From Octopus vulgaris (taxonomy: Eukaryota): a stretch of DNA of 64,000 nucleotides. The DNA lies in the NCBI GenBank assembly GCA_951406725.2, contig OX597824.1, positions 38,316,001-38,380,000 on the forward strand. Reading direction: 5' to 3'. Below are positions 55,603-64,000 of the stretch, piece after piece. The first letter of the stretch is position 1, and each line of letters opens with the position of its first letter. The position numbers and the translations under genes were made by a program. The notes below the pieces were generated by a model, which did no database searches, was not told where the DNA came from, and worked only from the letters and a program-made list of their open reading frames with translations.

Positions 55603-55650
55603 GTTTGATTTTAACGCCCGCTTTTACCCAGGACAGCAGCACAACTAGAA

Positions 55651-55784
55651 ATGGCTGTCACAATAACTTTCGTCGTTTGGCGGCGTCTACTACTTATCTC
55701 TACCATCCTTTCTCAACTATTCCTGGCGCCAGTGTTAACTTGCTCTAAGATCAACAAATGAAAGTATCTGTCAGTCGGATTACG
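55651..55784 (+). pseudogene. Second TIMP-like exon 1 (paralogue), frameshifted
   Basis: MAVTITFVVWRRLLLISTILSQLFLAPVLTCS then TGA in frame. The ending TGTCAGTCGGATTACG|GTAAG (CQSDY) matches the first copy in another frame. The stretch between Cys1 and Cys13 is 25 nt versus 33 nt. Promoter and intron start are homologous to gene 1. Confidence 0.8.
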
Positions 55785-55954
55785 GTAAGAATTTCACTTA
55801 TGTTATTGTTGCTAACTTAAAATACCAGTAGCCACCACCACTAGTGGTATCAATACTATACCACCAACACCAACACACGGACAATAATGGACCCTCCTGT
55901 TGAAGCCTACGTACGAGTGTTCAGCTTTTGAATTGTTTGTAGTGATTAAATGTA

Positions 55955-56261
55955 TGTGATCACCGTGACCGACCAGGCTATCAGATGTTGCTACACATCG
56001 CTGGTCACAATGCGCTTCGCATTGTTTTAGCCTTCAAATGACGCCACTCCGCTGGCTAAGCGAGCAGGCTTACAGAAGAAAGAGTGAGAGAAAGTTGTGG
56101 CGAAAGAGTACAGCAGGGATCGCCACCCTCCTCTGCTGGAGCATCGTGGAGTTTTCGGTGTTTTCGCTCAAAAAACACTCACAACACCCGGTCTGGGAAT
56201 CGAAATCGCGATCCTACGACCGCGAGTCCGCTGCTCTAACCACTGGGCCATTGCGCCTCCA
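55955..56261 (-). mobile_element. tRNA-derived SINE family C (TGGAGGCGCAATGGCCCAGTGGTTAG...), representative copy
   Basis: A/B boxes. Copies at ~5929-6196, 6570-6837, 40437-40643, 60130-60322. Related heads at 14171, 22870, 45210. Confidence 0.85.
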
Positions 56262-56727
56262 CTAGTATGTACTGTTTGTTATCTCACTCCCCCCATCAAA
56301 TCGACGTCGACTGATCAGGTCATGCATAGTGTACCACACGCCAGATGTCGAAGTAGTCGCATAACAACATGAAATGAAGTGTTTTGCACATACACACAAA
56401 AAAAAAAAAACAACGCACCACCCGGTCTAGAAATTGAAACCACAACCTCGCAATCGTGAGTGCAACACCGTAACCACAAGGCAATGCTCCTGTGATAGTA
56501 GTAGTAGTAGTAGTAGTAGTAATGGCGGAGGTGTACGATACCTACCCTAAACCTTTTCGTTTTTCTTTTTGCTCCAGGTTCCGACGTTTTCGGCATCAGA
56601 GATTCCGATTCTGATGAGATATCGGCATTTCAAAATATACTCAGTTCCGCTAATTTTCTCGCCTTTTTTTTTTTTTTTTTACAATATTGCAAGAATGTTT
56701 TAGTATTTCATGTTGAGAAATTTTTTT

Positions 56728-57515
56728 ATCTTTTCGGTTTCAACGGCAGTTTTTAACATAATTTCTAGGTAACTAGGTAATTTCTAAGGCGCAGGAGTGG
56801 CTGTGTGGTAAGTAGCTTACTAACCAACCACATGGTTCCGGGTTCAGTCCCACTACGTGGCATCTTGGGCAAGTGTCTTCTGCTATAGCCCCGGGCCGAC
56901 CAATGTCTTGTGAGTGGATTTGGTAGACGGAAACTGAAAGAAGCCTGTCGTATATATGTATATATATGTATATGTATATGTATGTGTGTGTGTTTGTGTG
57001 TCTGTGTTTGTCCCCCTAGCATTGCTTGACAACCGATGCTCGTGTGTTTACGTCCCCGTCACTTAGCAGTTCGGCAAAAGAGACCGATAGAATAAGTACT
57101 GGGTTTACAAAGAATAAGTCCCGGGGTCGATTTGCTCAACTAAAGGCGGTGCTCCAGCATGGCCGCAGTCAACTGACTGAAACAAGTAAAAGAGTAAAGA
57201 GTATAAAAGAGAGTAACTAAAAAATTTTAAACTTCGTATACTGGTAGAATGTGTTTATACATCTTTTTCTCTTGGCTTTATTGAGAAAATTCTATAGTTT
57301 GAAAGATATTTGTTGTTTTTTTCTTCAACTTCTGCAATTTCAACCAATCACTGACGTCTACTGAGGTAAAAAATCATTCTGTGCCGTATGAATGTGTCTC
57401 TCGTTTAAGAAACAGATTGGGTTTATTTACATTTGTGAAGAAAAATAGATACCCTTCCCCCACCCCTAACCCCTAACCCTAACTAACCCTAAAACAGTTT
57501 GAAATGCAATAAATC
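56728..57515. mobile_element. Third copy of the telomere-repeat MITE, truncated and split by a SINE
   Basis: Matches 16798-17140. SINE inserted at ~56788-57212. Confidence 0.8.
56788..57212 (+). mobile_element. tRNA-derived SINE family A (GGCGCAGGAGTGGCTGTGTGG...), representative copy
   Basis: A/B-box-like head, internal (TA/TG)n, tail ...ATGACTGAAACAAGTAAAAGA. Other copies at ~1818, 2474, 10770, 13664, 19470(-), 26535(-), 27103, 40640(-), 51327. Confidence 0.9.
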
Positions 57516-58648
57516 TAAAAATTTCAATTACAAAAATAAAAAAAAGAATCCCTCCTACTCTCCAGACATATCCACGCCGATATTTCAGATGTTGTTAAAC
57601 TTGGTCGTTCATATGCGCATGCGTAGGCAGTTTTCAACCAGTGCATGAATTTCGGCCTAGAAGGTCTCTCCACATGTTAGAAATAGCAGCCAAATCACTC
57701 TCGTTCTTTTTTTTTTATTGATTCCACGTAATTCCAATTCTTAAATAAGCAAAAATGTATTCAGTCGAAATTAGGTAAGTTAAATACAATAAAATAATAG
57801 AACATAAGAAACTTTACTACTCAATGTACATATTTTTCGAATTCTAACAGAAAACGGAAAGCATTTCTGTCAAGAAATGTTTTACAAGTCAAAAACATTC
57901 ACCATCATCGTCATCATCGTCATCATCGTCATCATCATCACCACTATCGTCGCCGCTGCCGCCGCCGCCGCCACCACCACCACCACCACCACCACCACCA
58001 CCCCCAACCACCATCGCCGCCCAACGACGACGATCACCACCACCACCACCACCACTACCGACACACCACCATCTTCATCGGTATCGTTGTCATCATCATC
58101 ATCATCATCATCGTTATCATCACTATCATAATCTCCAGCGCCAAAACTGTGACTAGCAATGAAGCCACCATTACCAGTACCAACAGCAACAAACTCAACA
58201 ATCACATTCAACAACATCATCGTAGTCATCGTCATCATGATCATCATTACCATCATTACCATCGTCATCTTCATCATCACACTTGTGTTTAAGGATGTTG
58301 GATGAAACACCCATGAGGTGAATTATCCAAACCCCAAAGAATTCCTCTCAGCACATGGCTATGATGCTCTCCACTACTCCTGCCCATGATCAGAGAGATA
58401 CACATATTGTCAGCCACTAAGGGACATTGCCAGCTGGTTCATAAAGTCAAGCAAATGTCAAGCAAATATGTGGTATTAAGCAGAATATTTGCTATAACGA
58501 TGTTTCTGCTTCAGTAGTTCAGCGCTGAATATGTAATGGAAAATAATTAGTTCAGTTTCAAAACATTGATGTTCAGATGACAAAAGCAAAGTTTGACGAC
58601 AACATTTCCTTTGATTTGTAGACAGAATCAAATAGGAAAAAGCACTTA

Positions 58649-59167
58649 CCGTAAATCCTCGAGTACAATACGCATTTCCCCCCAAAATTTAAAGGTCAAA
58701 ATCCCTAGTGCGTACTATATACGAGGTTAAAATTGAAAAATATTTTCTAAGCAATGTCCGAGTCTCTATTTGCTGTCCAGCAATTTTTATTCAGACGTAT
58801 TTTATGATGTCGGGCGCGAAAATACCTTAAGCTAAGCCTGAAAGCAATGAAGTCATAAAAGAATCATCTGTTATTTCTGTTATTACTGTTATTTCTTTAT
58901 TTTCAGCAAACAAAATGCACAAAAAAGCTACACGTTTGCATTATGATATATACACAGTAATAATAAAGGACATTGCCGTATACATTCTTACAAAACAAGG
59001 ACGTAATATAGACCTCCTTGACTCAAGTTAGAGAAGGGGTTAGACGCAAGTTAGACAAGGTTTAGGTTTTTCAGAGGTACACAAGGTTTAGGTTTTTCAG
59101 AGGTACAGCCCCACAAAAATCCCCTGCGTATTATACTCAACGGCGGATTATATTCGAGGATTTACGG
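58649..59167. mobile_element. Tc1/mariner-superfamily (pogo/Tc2-like) MITE
   Basis: TA|CCGTAAATCCTCGA ... TCGAGGATTTACGG|TA. The right end plus flank is tandemly duplicated (59143-59208 and 59211-59277). Confidence 0.8.
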
Positions 59168-60734
59168 TACTTACCAAAGACAAAATAAATAAATAAATAT
59201 ATGAATAAGGGCGGATTATATTCGAGGATTTACGGTACTTACCAAAGACAAAATAAATAAATAAATATATGAATAAGAATTTTGTTACACAGTGTAATGG
59301 ATAATTCACTGAACAACTTATTGTTTCTCTTTGATTCTAAATGAGCGAATTTTCATCTGTGTATGGACGGCCTTGATTCTACTTAGCTAGATGATGATAA
59401 TAATCTTTTCTGCCCTAGGCACAAGGTACGAAATTTTGGGAGAGGGGGCCAGTCGATTAAATCGACCCCAATACGCAACTGGTACTTAATTTATCGAGCC
59501 CAAAAAATGAAAGGCAAAGTCGACCTCGGTAGAATTTGAACTCAGAACGTAAAGACACACCGCTAAGCATTTCGGCCGGCGTGCTAACATTTCTTATCTC
59601 TTTATTACCCTCAAGGGGTTAAACATAGAGGGGACAAACAAGGACAGACAAACGGATTAAGTCGATTATATCGATCTCAGTGCGTAACTGGTACTTAATT
59701 TATTGACCCCGAAAGGCAAAGTCGACCTCGGCGGAATTTGAACTCAGAACGTAGCGGCAGACGAAATGCGGCTACGCATTTCGCCCGGCGTGCTAACGTT
59801 TCTGCCAACTCGACGCCTATAGATGATGACAATAATGATGATGAATGAGGTTGAGCTTGTTGCTGTCTTCTTCTTCCAATCAGGACTCACGCCATTAGCA
59901 AAACAGAGCAATCTCTAATTCGAGCCTACTCTAAGCTACTAAGATTGCGTGTGGCAACTTGAAGATCCACCCACCACACGCGATAGACTGGCGGTTGCAC
60001 GGGTCCGAAAGCTACGTTATCCTCATTCCGTAAACGGTGGCTTTTAACGGGTGGAGAGCTGAACCATCCTGGGATACAGAGGATTCGCAATCTAGACTAG
60101 GGTCTGAAAGTTTTACCACACCATAGCAGAAGTAGGAAGAAAGAGTGAGAGAAACTTGTGGTGAAAGAGTACAGCGGGGTTCACCGCCAACACCCAGCCG
60201 GAGCCTCGTGAAGCTGATGTGCTTTTGCTCAATAAACACTCACAATGCCCGGACCGGGAATCGAAACCGCGTTCTTATGACCGCGAGTCCGCTGCTCTAA
60301 CCACTCGGCCATTGCGCCTCCACGCTTGTTGTTGGTGGTAGTAATGGTGATTTGTCCCCTCTGTGTTTAGCCCCTTGTGGGTAATAAAGAAATAAGTAAT
60401 GGTGATTTATTTGCTGGTCACAGTTTCGGCAGTGGTGATGGTGATAACGATAGTGAGGATGATGATGGTGGTGGTGGTGACGATTATGATGGTGAATGAT
60501 TTTGACTTATAAAACATTTCTTGAAGTAAACGCTTACCCTTTTCTGTTAGAATTCAGAGAATATGTACACAGAGCAGCAAAACGGTTGAGAAATTAAATA
60601 ACGCTAACATATTCAGTAACAATAGTAAACTTAATTTATCCTCGACAAATTTTAGTTTTACCAATTTTGAATATATCGTTCCTGTTTAAAACCTCTTATC
60701 TACTTGACAATTGCATTTCTAGCTCTGCCTCGAA

Positions 60735-60960
60735 GAAAGCTTTACCTCTTGGACTCACGTTTTTGGGCGTAACGATGATTTTAAATCTCTGTTAACGGCA
60801 CCGTATGTAGGTCCTTTCCATTTTCTTTCACGTACGGGTAAATTTTTCACTGTAGACCTTAATGGTCGTAAAGACACTATATCAGTGGATAGACTAAAAA
60901 AAGCCTTCATAGAGAAAACTGTCCCTGTTCCTATGGCAGACAACATACACACACAGTGTT
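60735..60960 (+). mobile_element. Gypsy integrase C-terminal (GPY/F) fragment
   Basis: Manual translation: WTHVFGRNDDFKSLLTAPYVGPFHFLSRTGKFFTVDLNGRKDTISVDRLKKAF. Confidence 0.8.
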
Positions 60961-61272
60961 ACAAATAACGGCCCGCACGTCCACCTTTACATTCCATGAC
61001 TACTATTGGGATCGACCAGGTACCGGACAAGGATTCTGGATTATTTTCCGTTTTCTTTTACTTAATTTTTGAGAGCGGTCGGGTTCATCTTTAGTATTCT
61101 CGTTTGTGAGAGCAGTCGAATTTATTTCAGATATTCTCATTTTAAAAATCATCTCCGGCTTATCGTTGAGAGGACGTTGGTGTTGCCTTGGTGGAGGTTT
61201 GCGCTGTCTGAGTGCTCTTCTTCTTCTTCTTCTTCTTCTTCTTCTTCTTCTTCTTCTTCTTCTTCTTCTTCT

Positions 61273-61605
<333 letters not shown>

Positions 61606-62353
61606 TAACAACATCGAAAAATACTTTAGGAATGAGAACCCAGGTTCGAAATGAAGGCTGGAGGGTATATCAGCCGAAACGTTGTGTTAACAAAGATGAT
61701 GACAAACATTCGTCAAATGTAAATAATGTAAGTATCAAAATACTTTTAAATGTATTGATACATAATAACAAACACCTTTTACTGTCATCTTAACATCACG
61801 ATATTATCTTATAATCAAATTACTTTTAGAACAAACTTCTAATTTTCTTATATTTTCGCAGACATTCTCTTGAACACTGCTTTGTGCAAAACCCAAAATA
61901 TGGCACCCTAGTCATAACACCAATTTAAACTTCTAACTTGTTGTCTATTGAGGTCGAGTCTTAGAATCAACTTGTACAAATACAGAGCAAAAGATAAACA
62001 TAACAACAACAACAAAAACAACAACAACAACAACAATAACTCCTACGATTGTAGGAGCCCTAGGAATGATAAAAAGAGGTACCGAAACCTATTTGAAAAT
62101 GATACCAGGAAGTGTAAAAAATCGTGTTAATTGGAACGGCTCATGTACTGAGAAGAGCATTATCGCTGTGAAAACAACATCCATTCATGAATTTATTTAT
62201 TTATTAATTTTTTAAATACATATTTTACCTGCGAATTTGCGTGTGCAATCTGGGAATGCATACAATGAGCTTCTCTACCCCAGGTGTACGGAAAACACTC
62301 GACGAGAAACGGAAGAAAATTTGAAGAAAGAAGGAAATAATAATAATAATAAT

Positions 62354-62427
<74 letters not shown>

Positions 62428-62428
<1 letters not shown>

Positions 62429-62560
62429 TTCAAACAGTTCCATTGTCTTCCATTCACTGTGCATTCGTTTTCTGTACCCTCTGCAAGGCACGTCATTCGC
62501 ACCCACTGGGATTCTGCGGTAGTAACACTCCATGATCATCATGTTTACTCCACTTATGTC
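62428..62560 (-). mobile_element. N-terminal fragment of an R4/Dong-like ORF abutting (TAA)n
   Basis: NMMIMECYY...P.......RGYRKRMHSEW. Confidence 0.6.
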
Positions 62561-63432
62561 TTGTAGCATGGCTAGCAGTTGCTGGATTACGACCGGGCTC
62601 AATCTGCTGCACAGCAGGGGCACCTGTCGTGTGCAGCATCTTCACATGTGGTTCCGATCCCGTTCACACCGTTATCATCATCTATTTTGCTTGGCATTTT
62701 CACTCACAAATTAGATGTGTTTGTAGCTTATTACCAACTGGTATTTTTCTCGAGACACCATCTCTATCAAGGTAGTCTGCCAAGGCGGCAGGGCCTTGCT
62801 CCCTTGGTTTTGAACTCAGAGTGTTTCTTCTCCAAGGCTAACGAGTATAGCCCACCCAGAGCACTGGTTATTTGAATGCGCCAGATACTCGCCTTTTCCC
62901 ACTCTTCTTCTGTTGGTTTGGTGAAGGAGTCGGGCTTGACTCAGTGGATAGGCCTTGCACAGGCCATTGGGGAATTTTATAAATAATGGCCGCTCAACAC
63001 CCCTCACCACCTCGGAAAGGAAGAAGAACACACAGCTAGTAGAAAAAAGAGAGTGAGAGAAAAAATCAAAAGAAGGAAAAGAAAAGGAAGATCAAGTAGG
63101 GAGAGAAGGAAGCCATTTAACATTCATATTGACAGGGAGAGTAGGAGGAGTGCTTAAGAGTCTGCGGAAGTGAGATAGGTAGATATTGGGCATCAGGGAA
63201 GATGGTAGAGAGGGTGGGTAGCGCGGGCGCATCACCGCTGAGAGAAGGTGCCTACTGCAGCGTTCCTCACTGTCCACTTGTAAATTTAAGATTCAACCAA
63301 AGAAGGAAGGAGAAGCGTTAATCTGAATCTAACGAAAAACTAACTTACCGTTTGAATTGGTCTGTGGTCTGTGAAGGTGTAATTTCGGCTGCAGAAAGCA
63401 GTGAAGAAAGTGAGAGAGAGAGAGAGACAGAA

Positions 63433-63508
<76 letters not shown>

Positions 63509-63544
63509 GTACCTTCAACAATAGGTTCAGCATTGTAGCAGTCT

Positions 63545-64000
63545 GAAGGATGTCTGGCCTATTTGCATCTACCTTTCTGTCGGTTTGAATAGTAAAGTTC
63601 CAGAAGAGTGAGATCTGATCATTTTCAAGCACTGGACGTGGTTTGTGTTCCCACCAATTTTTATCATGTGGCAGGTCTAAATCTTTGCAAATTACCCAGT
63701 GAATATATTGTGCTGCTCTATCATGCCTGTTGAGATATTCTGTAGGCACAAGAAGGTTGCACATGGAGCCAACATGATCCATGGCTTCATTTTGTTGTTT
63801 ACATATTCGACATAATGGGCTACTGCCGTTCTTTAATATGTTGGCCTGGAAGCTTCTAGTAAGCAGGCATGGATCTTGGGCTGCTATGATAAACCATTCT
63901 GTTTCTGATTTTAAGCCAGAAGATATTAACCGTTGATGGGTAAGGGCTTTGTCAACACAGTATTATTAGCTGTCTTTGGGTAATTGCCACTGGGAGGTTT
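63545..64000 (-). mobile_element. R4/Dong-like RLE LINE fragment
   Basis: EYLNRHDRAAQYIHWVIC...WWEHKP..VLEND...FWNFTIQTD.KVDANRPDI. Confidence 0.85.

Noticed and set aside
52120-56640. Isolated CTGATGA heptamers (~52123, 55132, 56611)
   Set aside because: No stem II-GAAA-stem III geometry. Two lie within DNA transposon or Helitron sequence.
60723-60780. Exon 2 of the second TIMP after ttgcatttctAG
   Set aside because: The phase-1 frame stops early with no TIMP similarity. The open frame is a Gypsy integrase tail.

Overview
Eukaryotic, very repeat-rich DNA. The SINE families and microsatellite density suggest an octopus/coleoid cephalopod genome (inference). Almost all ORFs in the supplied track are microsatellite or SINE artefacts. 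I can assemble one host gene: a 5-exon TIMP (tissue inhibitor of metalloproteinases) on + (21616-41338, about 203 aa) with an atypical C-terminal cysteine pattern. A tandem paralogue lies about 34 kb downstream (promoter + exon 1 + start of intron 1, around 54480-55955), and its exon 1 is frameshifted. The rest is mobile DNA: a full-length but degenerate Chapaev3-like transposon with TIRs and TSD, mariners, Gypsy fragments, R4/Dong-like RLE LINE fragments beside (TAA)n, Penelope-like GIY-YIG remnants, Helitrons, a MITE carrying telomere-like repeats, and three tRNA-derived SINE families. The most striking unexplained pattern is a set of short non-coding elements in or next to microsatellites that carry minimal hammerhead-ribozyme motifs and/or form inverted fold-backs. 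These include a 1.5 kb palindrome in TIMP intron 1 and a tRNA-headed element with a hammerhead-like tail, which together look like a Penelope-dependent, retrozyme-like non-autonomous system.
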